A stretch of 41,307 bases of DNA from Actinomycetota bacterium (GTDB lineage Bacteria > Actinomycetota > Coriobacteriia > Anaerosomatales > UBA3086), in assembly GCA_027859125.1 (NCBI GenBank), contig JAQIBK010000043.1, positions 1 through 41,307 on the forward strand, written 5' to 3'. A program made the position numbers and the translations under genes. This document shows, one piece after another, positions 29,104 to 38,700 of the stretch (position 1 is its first letter; every line of letters begins with the position of its first letter). The notes under the pieces are model-generated. The model worked only from the letters and a program-made list of their open reading frames with translations. It ran no database searches and was not told the origin of the DNA.

Positions 29104-29617
29104 TCCGGTTCGCTCCTTCCACGTTCGTGAGGAATGTAGCTTCCAGGAATCCTGCGATTCCCGCCGCATCGTCAAGATCGAACGATGGAACGCCGGGCAG
29201 CGTCGCAAAGTCAGTGACCAGAGCGATAACGTCCTTGGGGGCACTGATCAACTCAGTCGATCGAGCCTTGCGCGCAACCTCGATCCGTGCACGAGCTGTG
29301 CGCTTGAAGCCCTCAGCGATGAGTATGTCCACGTCGCCCGCATACTGCACTATCTCGTCGATCGAGAGCTCATGCTCGACCTTGCGCATGACCGCGAACT
29401 TGGTGGGCGCCGATACCATCGACACCACGGCCCCTGCCTGCGCGTGGCGATACGAGTCCTTGCCGGGAACGTCGATCTCAAAGTCGTGAACGTGGTGCTT
29501 CACCGTAGCCACCCTGTGACCGCGGGAGGCTAGTTCAGCCACGACCTTCTCCACTACCGTCGTCTTGCCCGAGTTGGATTCGCCGACGAAGGCCACTATG
29601 GGAACGCCCGTCTCCAT
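29093..29617 (-). CDS. mobB: molybdopterin-guanine dinucleotide biosynthesis protein B
   Basis: GESNSGKTT, VKHHVH, DVPGKDSYRH, EGFK. Start at METGVP. Confidence 0.92.
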   Translation of the reverse strand: METGVPIVAFVGESNSGKTTVVEKVVAELASRGHRVATVKHHVHDFEIDVPGKDSYRHAQAGAVVSMVSAPTKFAVMRKVEHELSIDEIVQYAGDVDILIAEGFKRTARARIEVARKARSTELISAPKDVIALVTDFATLPGVPSFDLDDAAGIAGFLEATFLTNVEGANRNGA

Positions 29618-29648
29618 ACTGTGGGTTCTCCTCACACGTCTGACCGGA

Positions 29649-29861
29649 TCAGAAGCAGCCCAGACCGCAATCATGCACCCTGATCTCGTTCAGGTCGGCT
29701 GCGGCTCCGGCGACTTTGTACGAGACATTCATGTCCTCGGCCAGCTTGCGCAGCACGGCGCACGTGATCTTCCCATCCGACGCGGCGCCCATGACGGCGG
29801 CGGCCAGTTCCGGGGTCACACGATCCGCGATCGCGGGGTCGACTTTCTTGGTTTCACTCAT
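29649..29861 (-). CDS. small Cys-containing hypothetical protein (70 aa, ends CGLGCF)
   Basis: ATGA overlap with the moeA stop; fills the moeA-mobB gap; HTH-like segment ITCAVLRKLAEDMNVSYKVAG; Cys34, Cys65, Cys69. Confidence 0.8.
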   Translation of the reverse strand: MSETKKVDPAIADRVTPELAAAVMGAASDGKITCAVLRKLAEDMNVSYKVAGAAADLNEIRVHDCGLGCF

Positions 29862-31111
29862 AGCTGGATCCCTTCGTCGATATCAAGCCGTATACAGTCC
29901 ACGATCTGGCCTGCTGAGAACTCCCGCTCGCCCTCGGGCAGGACCACGAAGCAGTTGCCCTTGTGCACCGACATGAGAAGCGCAGATGACTGGTTGCCGG
30001 AGAGTGCGACCTCAAGCCCATCTTCTGCGCGTGACACGACCCCGCGCATGAAATAGCGCCTGTCCGGCTTCTTGCGAACGTCATGCGCGAGCCGAGCCCG
30101 GACGATCGGACGATCGAGCTCTGTGTGACCGAGCATGTATCGAATCGCCGGCCTCACGAACATCTCAAAACCCACATATGTGCTGGTCGGATTGCCCGGT
30201 AGCCCAAAGAACGGCGTCTCATCGATCATCCCCATCGTCTGAGGATTGCCAGGACGCATGGTCACCTTGCAGTACATCAGCTCTCCAAGTTCCTGGAGCA
30301 CTGGCTTGACGTAGTCGAAGTCGCCTACCGAGACTCCTCCGGTGGTCACAATGAAATCCGAGTTCGCAGCCGCGTGAGTGAAAGCCTCACGCGTCGCCTG
30401 CATGTCGTCGGGCACGATGTCATAACGCACCGGAATGCCTCCGGCAGCGATCACCTGCGCGGCCACCGAATACGAGTTGGAGTTCCGTATCTTGCCGGGA
30501 CCTGGGACCTGGTCGACCTCGACCAACTCGCTTCCCGTGGACAGCACCGCCACTCTGGGACGACGATACACCGACACCTTCGCGTGCCCCGTGGACGCAA
30601 GCAACCCGAGTCCTGCGGGGCCGATTGACTCACCGCGGTTCAACACGACGTCGCCGGCGCGAACCTCCTCGCCACGGCGCCTCACATTCTCGCCCTCGGC
30701 AACAGCGCGGCTAAGAGCAACAAGTGAATCGATCGCACCATCACCCTCGATCACCGAGGAATACTCGACCATCACGACCGCGTCAGCTCCCAGTGGCATG
30801 GGAGCTCCTGTCATGATGCGCGACGCCTCGCCAGGGCCGACCTCCAGTTCGGGGTAGTCCCCAGCCGCGATGTGCTCGATGATCCGCACCCGAGCCGGCG
30901 TCTGTTCACTCGCCCCGTTCAGATCAGCTGCACGCACAGCAAACCCGTCCATGGCGGAATTGTCGAATGGCGCCACATCGATATCGGATGCCATGTCCTG
31001 TGCAAGTACACGGCCCAAGGAGTCGAGTAGGTCCACCCGCTCGACGTCCATCACTTTCACATGTTGAAGTAGCAGCTCACGCGCCTGCTCAACAGTCATG
31101 GTAGAACTCAT
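29858..31111 (-). CDS. moeA: molybdopterin molybdenum/tungsten transferase
   Basis: GRVLA, PFDNSAMDGFA, IMTGAP, STGSEL, NSN, TTGGVSVGDFD, GLPGNP, SGNQSS. SD GGAGG; start MSSTMT. Confidence 0.96.
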   Translation of the reverse strand: MSSTMTVEQARELLLQHVKVMDVERVDLLDSLGRVLAQDMASDIDVAPFDNSAMDGFAVRAADLNGASEQTPARVRIIEHIAAGDYPELEVGPGEASRIMTGAPMPLGADAVVMVEYSSVIEGDGAIDSLVALSRAVAEGENVRRRGEEVRAGDVVLNRGESIGPAGLGLLASTGHAKVSVYRRPRVAVLSTGSELVEVDQVPGPGKIRNSNSYSVAAQVIAAGGIPVRYDIVPDDMQATREAFTHAAANSDFIVTTGGVSVGDFDYVKPVLQELGELMYCKVTMRPGNPQTMGMIDETPFFGLPGNPTSTYVGFEMFVRPAIRYMLGHTELDRPIVRARLAHDVRKKPDRRYFMRGVVSRAEDGLEVALSGNQSSALLMSVHKGNCFVVLPEGEREFSAGQIVDCIRLDIDEGIQL

Positions 31112-32508
31112 ACCGAACCTCCTTCCCTGATACGCCATGCGTTCGTGTAGATCACTAGTTTGCCGCCTCTCGCATAGCCGATCAGAGTGACTCCGAGCTC
31201 GCTCGCCACCTCTGCCGCAAGATCAGTGACTGCCGTGCGTGACACTACTATCGGCACACCGGCGCGCATCGCCTTGACCGCCATTTCCGAGGAGATCCGT
31301 CCACTTGTCAGCAACACGGCGTGATCGAGGGTAGCTCCATCGCGCCACGCTGCCCCAAGCACCTTGTCGAGCGCGTTGTGCCTGCCGACATCCTCACGCA
31401 TGAAGGCGATAGTTCCGCCCATACCGATCGCACACGCGTGCATACCGCCCGTCTCACGGTAACGCTCTGCGCCTCTGGCCATCTGGCCCATCATGTCGTA
31501 CACGCTCTCCGCAGTGATGGACAGGCCCGATTCAACCGGATCCACGCCGGTCAGATGACCTGCGGATGTGAACGTGACACCTCGGCCGCAGCCGCTGGTC
31601 ACGTAGCGCTTGCGCCCTCGCATACTGACGGGCGTCTCCTCGTCCGAAGTCACGAAGACCATGCCCCGACGGGCGTCCACCTCGATGCAGCCGAGCCGAT
31701 CGCGGTCAGTCAGGAATCCCTCAACGTGCAGGAACCCCACGGCCATGTCCTCCAAGTCACTCGGCGTTGCCTGAGCATTCACCATCTCGACTCCATTGAG
31801 ATAGACGGTGATGGGCTTCTCCGAAGGCATTCCTCGGACACGGCGTGTGCCGACCTCGACCACATGCATCCGAACCGTAGTCTCGGACTCCGTTTCCCCG
31901 GAGGTGGTGCGATCCAGATCGTGAGGCGTGTTGATGTTGATCAGGCTCTTGAGATCCGGGTCCACCAACCGCAGCTCATCGGAGGAGACCTCGGTGACCT
32001 TCAGGCGAGCGAATGGCGCCACGGGGCGGCGCTCTCCCGCATCGAGCGTCTCACGAGCCACCGAAAGCACCGTCTTCACGCGATACAGGGCCAGTAACGG
32101 TTCAAGCCCCTTGCCGTCATTGGGTACGACCACATCGGCACCATCTCTGCGTTTCCAGAGCTCGAGCACGACCGCAGAAGTCACCCAAGGCATGTCGGCA
32201 GCCACGACCAACAGCCATTCATCTCTGGCTTGGGCGAGTCCAGTGACAATGCCGCCCAACGGTCCCAGATGATCCACCTCGTCCGTGACTATGAGCACCC
32301 CTTCAGGAAGCCCTGCCTCCGCTGCAGCCTGGGGCCTGGTAGTAACGACCATCACGTTGCGACAGATCTCGCCCATTGCCGACACAACGCGAGACACCAT
32401 CGGGATGCCCTCGATCTCAAGCAGGGTCTTGTCGACGCCCATTCGTTGGGATCGACCGCCCGCCAGCACCGCCGCAGTGATCGGAAGCTTCTCGGTCTCC
32501 TCAGTCAC
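31108..32508 (-). CDS. fdhD: MobA (Mo-cofactor guanylyltransferase)-FdhD (FDH cofactor sulfurtransferase) fusion
   Basis: N-terminal LAGGRSQRMGVDK, GPLGGI, ADMP, EPLLALY, NINTP (MobA). C-terminal EKPITVYLNG, TSGCG, TGGMH, EDVGRHNALDK, SGRISSEM (FdhD). One continuous frame; start GTG at 32508. Confidence 0.9.
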   Translation of the reverse strand: MTEETEKLPITAAVLAGGRSQRMGVDKTLLEIEGIPMVSRVVSAMGEICRNVMVVTTRPQAAAEAGLPEGVLIVTDEVDHLGPLGGIVTGLAQARDEWLLVVAADMPWVTSAVVLELWKRRDGADVVVPNDGKGLEPLLALYRVKTVLSVARETLDAGERRPVAPFARLKVTEVSSDELRLVDPDLKSLININTPHDLDRTTSGETESETTVRMHVVEVGTRRVRGMPSEKPITVYLNGVEMVNAQATPSDLEDMAVGFLHVEGFLTDRDRLGCIEVDARRGMVFVTSDEETPVSMRGRKRYVTSGCGRGVTFTSAGHLTGVDPVESGLSITAESVYDMMGQMARGAERYRETGGMHACAIGMGGTIAFMREDVGRHNALDKVLGAAWRDGATLDHAVLLTSGRISSEMAVKAMRAGVPIVVSRTAVTDLAAEVASELGVTLIGYARGGKLVIYTNAWRIREGGSV

Positions 32509-33607
32509 TTCCCTCGCCCTCCTCCTTCGCGACTCTGACTGCGGTTGCCTTGAATGCGAAGCTGACCTGATCTCCCACTGAGACTTCGAGGTCTCGCACC
32601 GCCGCATCAGATATCGATGCGGCAAGACTCAAACCGTCAACGGCTCCAACCAATGTCCAACTCACACCGCTGCGCCGCAGCGAGGTCACTGTGACATCCA
32701 GTCTGTTGCGAGCTGAAGCCGTTCCCTCAGGCGGCTGCTTCCACACGGTCACGTCTTCCGGCCTCACAGCCAACCGAACACGCTCCCTCGCCGCGATTTC
32801 ACCGGAAGCATAGACCATGGTGCCTCCGACCCGAATGACCATCAGTCCGGCGGAGATCGACTCGACGACCCCGAACAGCGGTGCCTCGACTCCCAGGAAC
32901 GACGCCGTCCATACATCCTGGGGCACGCCGATCACCTCATCGGAGAACCCTTCCGCAACGATGCTCCCGTCCCGCATGATCGCAATGCGGTCGGCCAGCA
33001 CGAGAGCCTCATCGTGATCGTGGGTCACGTATACGGTTGTGATGCCTCTGGAACGGAGTATCTCCGAGAACTCCAACTGCATGCGCCGCTTGAGCATCAG
33101 ATCGAGCGATGACAGCGGCTCATCGAGCATGAGCAGCCGAGGTTCAAGCACCAGAGCGCGAGCCAATGCGACTCGTTGAGCCTCTCCGCCCGAAAGCGCG
33201 CCCGCTGACCGCTTCTCGAATCCGGAAAGACCCACGACCTCGAGTATCTCCGAAACCCTGCGAGCGGTCTCCCGGCGATCCACTCGGCGCAACTTGAGTC
33301 CGTAGGCTACGTTCTCCTCAACGGTGGCCTTGATCAGATACGGCCGCTGAAAGACTGCCGCCGTGAGTCTGCGCGATTCAGAATCGCGAGGTTTGCGACA
33401 TACGCCATCAACGCGCACCTCGCCTGTGTCCGGCGCCTCAAGCAGCCCGGCAATCTCAAGGAGCGTCGACTTCCCGGCACCGCTGGGGCCGAGCAGCGCG
33501 AGCGTAGATCCCGCGGGAACGCGCAGGTACGGGACCGACAGCCTGAAGCCGGCCTTGAACGCGCGCTCCACGCCCATCAGTTCGAGCTCGACTGGCGAGT
33601 CGCTCAT
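32501..33607 (-). CDS. tupC: tungstate ABC transporter ATP-binding protein with TOBE-like C-terminus
   Basis: GPSGAGKST, LSGGEAQRVALARA, LDEP, YVTHD; follows tupAB. Confidence 0.85.
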   Translation of the reverse strand: MSDSPVELELMGVERAFKAGFRLSVPYLRVPAGSTLALLGPSGAGKSTLLEIAGLLEAPDTGEVRVDGVCRKPRDSESRRLTAAVFQRPYLIKATVEENVAYGLKLRRVDRRETARRVSEILEVVGLSGFEKRSAGALSGGEAQRVALARALVLEPRLLMLDEPLSSLDLMLKRRMQLEFSEILRSRGITTVYVTHDHDEALVLADRIAIMRDGSIVAEGFSDEVIGVPQDVWTASFLGVEAPLFGVVESISAGLMVIRVGGTMVYASGEIAARERVRLAVRPEDVTVWKQPPEGTASARNRLDVTVTSLRRSGVSWTLVGAVDGLSLAASISDAAVRDLEVSVGDQVSFAFKATAVRVAKEEGEGSD

Positions 33608-34320
33608 CGGTGGCCCTCGTATCGCTCGGCCGACGTCTGACCGATCACCAGCACCGCGTTCACGATCGCGATCATCCCCAGCAACATCATGGCGAGAGAA
33701 AGCGCCTGACCATATCGGCCCATCCGCGTGAACTGCACGATCGCCGTGGTCATCACACGGGTGTCGCCGGCGATGTTTCCGCCGACCATCTGCACTGCCC
33801 CCACCTCGGAAATGATGGCACCGAACCCGGCTGCAACTGCTGCAGCCACGCCCACCCTGGCCTCTTTCAACACGAGCAGAACCTCATGGAAGCGACTAGC
33901 GCCCAGCGCCCGCGCCTGAAGTCGAAGCTGCCGAGGAACCGCAGCCACTGATGCCGCCGTGAAGGCCACGACCAACGGCAGTGCGATGAGAACCTGCGCG
34001 ACCACCATGGCATCACGCGTGTACAGCATGCTGAGTTCGCCGAACGGCCCACGTCGGGAGAGTCCCATCGCAACGATCAATCCAACAGCGACCGGGGGAA
34101 GCCCCATGCCCGTGTTCGCAACGAGCAATCCGATCCTTCGTCCCGCGAATCGCCGTATTCCCCGCCAGACACCGAGAGGAACACCGACTCCCAGTGCGAT
34201 GAGCGCAGCGGTGCCTGAGACGGCCATCGAGACTCTGATGATCACCCAGACATCCACCGCGCCCGAAGCTAGGAGCTCGATACCTTCGGTCAGGGCATCT
34301 GTGTAGATGCTCCAGCCCAC
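33604..34320 (-). CDS. tupB: tungstate ABC transporter permease
   Basis: NTGMGLPPVAVGL, SRRGPFG, AGFGAIISEVGAVQMVGGNIAGDTRVMTTAI (TupB-type). Confidence 0.9.
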   Translation of the reverse strand: MGWSIYTDALTEGIELLASGAVDVWVIIRVSMAVSGTAALIALGVGVPLGVWRGIRRFAGRRIGLLVANTGMGLPPVAVGLIVAMGLSRRGPFGELSMLYTRDAMVVAQVLIALPLVVAFTAASVAAVPRQLRLQARALGASRFHEVLLVLKEARVGVAAAVAAGFGAIISEVGAVQMVGGNIAGDTRVMTTAIVQFTRMGRYGQALSLAMMLLGMIAIVNAVLVIGQTSAERYEGHR

Positions 34321-34332
34321 TCTGCCTCCCGA

Positions 34333-35220
34333 CTACTTGGCGTTGGGGACGAAAAGGGGTTCACCGAATGTGTCGACTCCGTAGTCAACGATCACGGCTT
34401 GGCCCTCAGCGCTTGTGATCCAGTCAGAGAAAGCCTGTGCGCCTTCCATGTTGGTCGCATCGGTGACCACGATCACGCCGTACTGGTTGAAAAGGTCATC
34501 GGAACCCTCATAGACGACTCCTATGTCCAGCGCATCAAGCAGGTTGAGGAAGGTCGCGCGATCCGTGAGGGTGTAGCCTTGCTTCTCGGACGCGATCTTG
34601 AGCGTGTCGCCCATTCCCTGCCCGGTCGCCAGGTACCAATCCCCTTCGGGAGTCTCCACGCCAGCGGTCGCCCACAGAAAGAGCTCCTTCTTGTTCGTGC
34701 CGGAGTCATCTCCCCGCGAGTAGAACGTGCCACCGTTGTCCATTATCGCTTTCAGAGCTTCGGCAGCCGTGGCGGCGCTACCGGCTTCAGCTGAGTCGCC
34801 ATCAGGACCCACGACGACGAAATCGTTGTACATGACATCCTTGCGTTCAATGCCGAACCCATCTGCGACGAACTCCCCCTCTGAGGATTTTGCGTGCACA
34901 AGAAGCACGTCCGCATCCTTGTTCTCACCCATCGTCAGCGCTTCGCCAGTGCCTACCGCAACGACCTTTGCTATGTACTCTGGATAGGCCTCGTGGAATG
35001 CCGGGATAAGCACATCGAACAACCCGGAATCCTGTGTCGAGGTAGTCGAAGCTAGTATGATCTCCGTCTGCTCGACTTCCGGTGATTCGATCTCAGGTGC
35101 TTCGGAACCCACATCTGCCTCCATCGTTGCATCGGAGCAGCCCAAAAGCACGACTGCCATCAGTACGACGAGGAGAAGAATCGAGAGTTTCGACACCAAC
35201 GTGAAACGTACTCTGCCCAT
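34333..35220 (-). CDS. tupA: tungstate ABC transporter substrate-binding lipoprotein
   Basis: Lipobox VLLGC; ASTTSTQDSGL (TTTS-like), VGTGEAL, VHA, MYNDFVVVGP, SRGDDSGT, GQGMG, YTLTDRAT, NQY. Confidence 0.9.
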   Translation of the reverse strand: MGRVRFTLVSKLSILLLVVLMAVVLLGCSDATMEADVGSEAPEIESPEVEQTEIILASTTSTQDSGLFDVLIPAFHEAYPEYIAKVVAVGTGEALTMGENKDADVLLVHAKSSEGEFVADGFGIERKDVMYNDFVVVGPDGDSAEAGSAATAAEALKAIMDNGGTFYSRGDDSGTNKKELFLWATAGVETPEGDWYLATGQGMGDTLKIASEKQGYTLTDRATFLNLLDALDIGVVYEGSDDLFNQYGVIVVTDATNMEGAQAFSDWITSAEGQAVIVDYGVDTFGEPLFVPNAK

Positions 35221-35335
35221 ATTGATCCCCTTCCAGAACGGGAGATCGCACAGTTTCCCATGCGACCCTGTCGGTCCGGCCACCTTGGCCTGGCAGTGTA
35301 CGGCTACAGGTGAATCGGACTAGGAGTTATTGCGT
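35221..35335 (-). ncRNA. Moco RNA motif (riboswitch candidate), P3-less Tuco-type variant
   Basis: Minus strand: AAUAACUCCUAG-UCCG..CACCU...AGGUG..CGGA-CCGAC-AGGGUCGCAUGG GAAA CUGUGCGAUCU-CCCGUUCUGGAAGGGGA-UCAAU-AUG. This matches the Moco motif layout (GNRA-capped P4, CUCCCG-N4-GGAA(A)GG end holding the SD) and lies directly upstream of the tup/moa operon. Confidence 0.85.
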
Positions 35336-35442
35336 GTTCAATCGTAGAACACGACGGTCAAACGATAGCACGACGGAACCAACCGCGCATTATTCACCGA
35401 TTTCCATTAACACCGTGTCGCATAACGGGCCTTCACGGATTA

Positions 35443-35460
35443 TTGTGCAGGTTTTCACAT
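35443..35460. promoter_or_regulatory. Rex-like (or Crp/Fnr-like) operator TTGTGCA-GGTT-TTCACAT
   Basis: 12 of 14 positions match TTGTGAA-N4-TTCACAA; lies between the divergent tup and fdh operons. Confidence 0.55.
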
Positions 35461-35483
35461 GATGATACAGGCAGGAAACATGT

Positions 35484-35512
35484 TTGGCGTGTGCGTCCAA
35501 CAGGCATAAACT
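35484..35512 (+). promoter_or_regulatory. putative sigma-A promoter of the fdh operon
   Basis: TTGGCG-17 nt-TAAACT. Confidence 0.4.
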
Positions 35513-35724
35513 GGACATAATATACGCGTGCGACGCGTGTGCTTGCGCAAGGCCTGGAGTTCTTTGCGCGCGCTCACTCACAAAGTCGCGCATTCGAATC
35601 GCTGATTCGAATTTCTGCATCGGGTATCACCCGAGGCAAGGAGGCGAGAAGCGCACTTGGCACCTGATGCCGGCTGATTGAACCAAACAGTCGTAAGGGT
35701 CATCGGTCCAAGAAAGGGGGAAAT

Positions 35725-38700
35725 ATGAATATCACTAGGCGTGGCTTCTTCAAGCTATCCGGGGCAGCTTTCGCTGCTGGAGTCCTATCCGATTTCGTCG
35801 GACAGAGCACGGCCCTCGCAGCGGAAACACCATTGGAATGGCGTCTGTCCGACGTCATGGAGACACCGAGCATCTGTTGTTACTGCTCGGTCGGATGCGG
35901 AAGCATCCTGTCCGTCAAAGACGGTGAACTGGTCAACCTCGAGGGAGATCCCGATCATCCCATCAACAGAGGTTCTCTTTGCTCAAAGGGTTCGGCTCAG
36001 TTCAACGTCAGGAACGTGTACGACCCCGAGTCCGGGGACCTAATACTCAACCCGTACCGCCAGACAACGGTCAAGTATCGTGCCGCTGGTTCAAGTGAAT
36101 GGGAAGAGAAGGACTGGGACTGGGCGATCATGGAGATCGCCAAGCGCGTAAAGAAGACTCGAGACGAATCTTTTGAGACCACTGACGCCAACGGTGTCAC
36201 CGTAAACAGAACCGAGGCGATCGGCTTTCTGGGTGGCGCTGCCCTCGATGACGAGGAATGCTACGTTATCCAGAAGTTGGCAAGGGCACTTGGCGTCACA
36301 TTCATCGAGCATCAGGCTCGTATTTGACACAGCTCAACTGTTGCCGGTCTTGGCAACACATTTGGGCGAGGCGCCATGACGAATCACTGGATCGACATCC
36401 GTAACTCCGATGTCATCATGGCAATCGGCGGCAACAACGCCGAGAATCACCCCATCTCAATGAAGTGGGTCACAGAGGCTCGCAAGAACGGCGCGAAGTA
36501 TATCGTCGTCGACCCCCGCTTCACCCGAAGCGCTGCTGTCGCAGATCTCTATGGTCCGATCCGTTCAGGCTCGGACATCGCCTTCTTCGGCGGTCTCTAC
36601 AAGTACATCTTCGACAACAAGCTCTACCACGAGGCTTACGTCAAGAACTACACCACGGCCTCGTGGCTCGTGAACCCCGACTACGATTTCGAGGACGGGC
36701 TCTTCTCGGGCTACGACGAAGCCAGCCGCAAGTACAGCAAGGACACTTGGCAGTATCAGACCGACGGTGAGACTCCGTGGGACACCGAGGGCGCGTTCGC
36801 GTGGGTCAATGCACCTGGGACACCGGCCTTCACGACGCCGGTCGCCAAGACGCCCATGAAGGATATGACGCTGTCAGATCCGAATTGCGTCTTCCAGCTC
36901 ATGATGAAGCACTACGAGCGCTACACGCCCGAGGTCGCCTCTGCAGTCTCCGGAATGCCGCTCGAGCGTATGCTTGAGATCTGGGACCTCTTTGCTTCCA
37001 CAGGCCAGCCGGGCAAGGCAGGCACCATCCTGTATGCAATGGGCATGACCCAGCACACCTATGGCTCGCAGAACGTGCGCGCCATGGCCGTCACACAGCT
37101 TCTTCTTGGCAACATGGGTATGCCTGGCGGTGGCGTCAACGCGCTTCGCGGCGAGTCCAACGTTCAGGGCTCCACGGACATGGCGATGTTGTTCCATATC
37201 ATCCCCGCGTACATGGCCACACCGAACGCAACCGTTCATGAGAACCTCCGTGGCTACCTCGAGAAGGAGACTCCTTCGGGTGGGTACTGGACCAACAAGC
37301 CGAAGTTCTTCATCTCGTTGCTCAAGGAGATGTACGGAGACTATGCGACTGAGGCGAACGACTATGCGTACGCCATGATGCCCAAGCTCAACGGCAAGAA
37401 TCACAGCCACATCGCGATGTTCGAGGCGATGAATGAGGGAGTCATCAAGGGCTTGTTCCTCTGGGGACAGAACCCGGCAGTCGGCGGTCCCAACTGCTCC
37501 ATGGAGCGCAAAGCCATGGAGCAGCTGGACTGGATGGTCTCTGTCGACCTGTGGGAGACCGAAACAGCCGCATTCTGGAAGGCCCCCACTATCGATCCCG
37601 CAACGGTCAACACCGAGATCTTTATGCTTCCGGCTGCTTGCCACTACGAGAAGCAGGGATCGGTCGCCAACTCCGGACGCTGGATCCAGTGGCGATGGAA
37701 GGCAGTCGATCCTCCTGGCGAAGCCAAGGACGACGCGGAGATCTGCACTGAGATCACACTCGCACTGAAGGCTCTCTACGAAGCCGAAGGTGGCGCAGTT
37801 CCAGAGGCCATCACCAAGCTCACGTGGGACTACGTGGACGAGAACGACCACGTCGATATCTCCAAGATCGCACGCGCCGTGAACGGCTACACCGTCGCCG
37901 ACGGCAAGCTCCTGTCGAACTTCACGAAGCTTGCGGCCGATGGATCGACAGCCTGCGGCAACTGGATCTACTCAGGCTATTGGAACAACGAAGACTCAAT
38001 GGAGGCAGTAGACCAGCCGACCGGTGCCCGCGATGACACCGACCCAACCCGCAAGGGACTCGAGGGCGGAATGGGATCCTACCTCGGTTGGTCGTTCGCA
38101 TGGCCGGTCAACAGGCGCATCATCTACAACCGTGCGTCCTGCGATCTCGACGGCAAGCCATGGAACCCGGACAAGCCGCTCTTCGAGTGGACCGGTACTG
38201 AGTGGCTCTCAAATGACGTCCCGGACTTTGGAAACAAGGCCGCCGACGGCACCGAGACCAAGCCACCAAATGCGACCGCTTTCATCATGCTTCCCGAGGG
38301 CGAAGCACGCCTGTACGCGCAGGGTATGGCCGACGGTCCGTTCCCCGAGCACTACGAGCCCTTCGAGAGTCCCACAGACAATGCTCTGTCCAGTCAACAG
38401 AACGACCCGGCCGTCGTGATCTGGGAATCCGCCAGTCTCGGCACAAAAGAGAATTGGCCAATCGTAATGACCACGTATCGTCTGACCGAGCACTGGCAGA
38501 CGGGTCAGATGACCCGCAACCTGCCGTGGCTGGTCGAGATCATGCCCAAGATGTTCGTTGAGCTCTCCATTGAGCTCGCCGATGACAAGGGCATCGTTTC
38601 CGGTGACAACGTGATCATCGAGAACAACCGTGGTGCCATCAAGGCCTACGCGATGGTCACAAACCGCTTCAAGCCATTCCAGATCAACGGCGAGACCGTC

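Noticed and set aside
29649-29651. TGA after CGLGCF as a possible Sec codon
   Set aside because: No SECIS-like hairpin at the right distance, and readthrough would run out of frame over mobB.
32509-32625. Extended N-terminus of the MobA-FdhD ORF (likewise the upstream extensions of moaA, MOSC, cysK and tupA in the track)
   Set aside because: They overlap upstream genes or the RNA motif; downstream starts with an SD or stop-start coupling fit the family N-termini.
35390-35681. Short ORFs (76 aa minus strand, 65 aa plus strand) in the tup-fdh spacer
   Set aside because: No SD or recognisable motifs; they overlap predicted promoter and operator elements.
35725-36327. Separate 200-aa ORF or fdh pseudogene
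   Set aside because: The TGA is at the conserved Sec position and has a SECIS; this is one gene.
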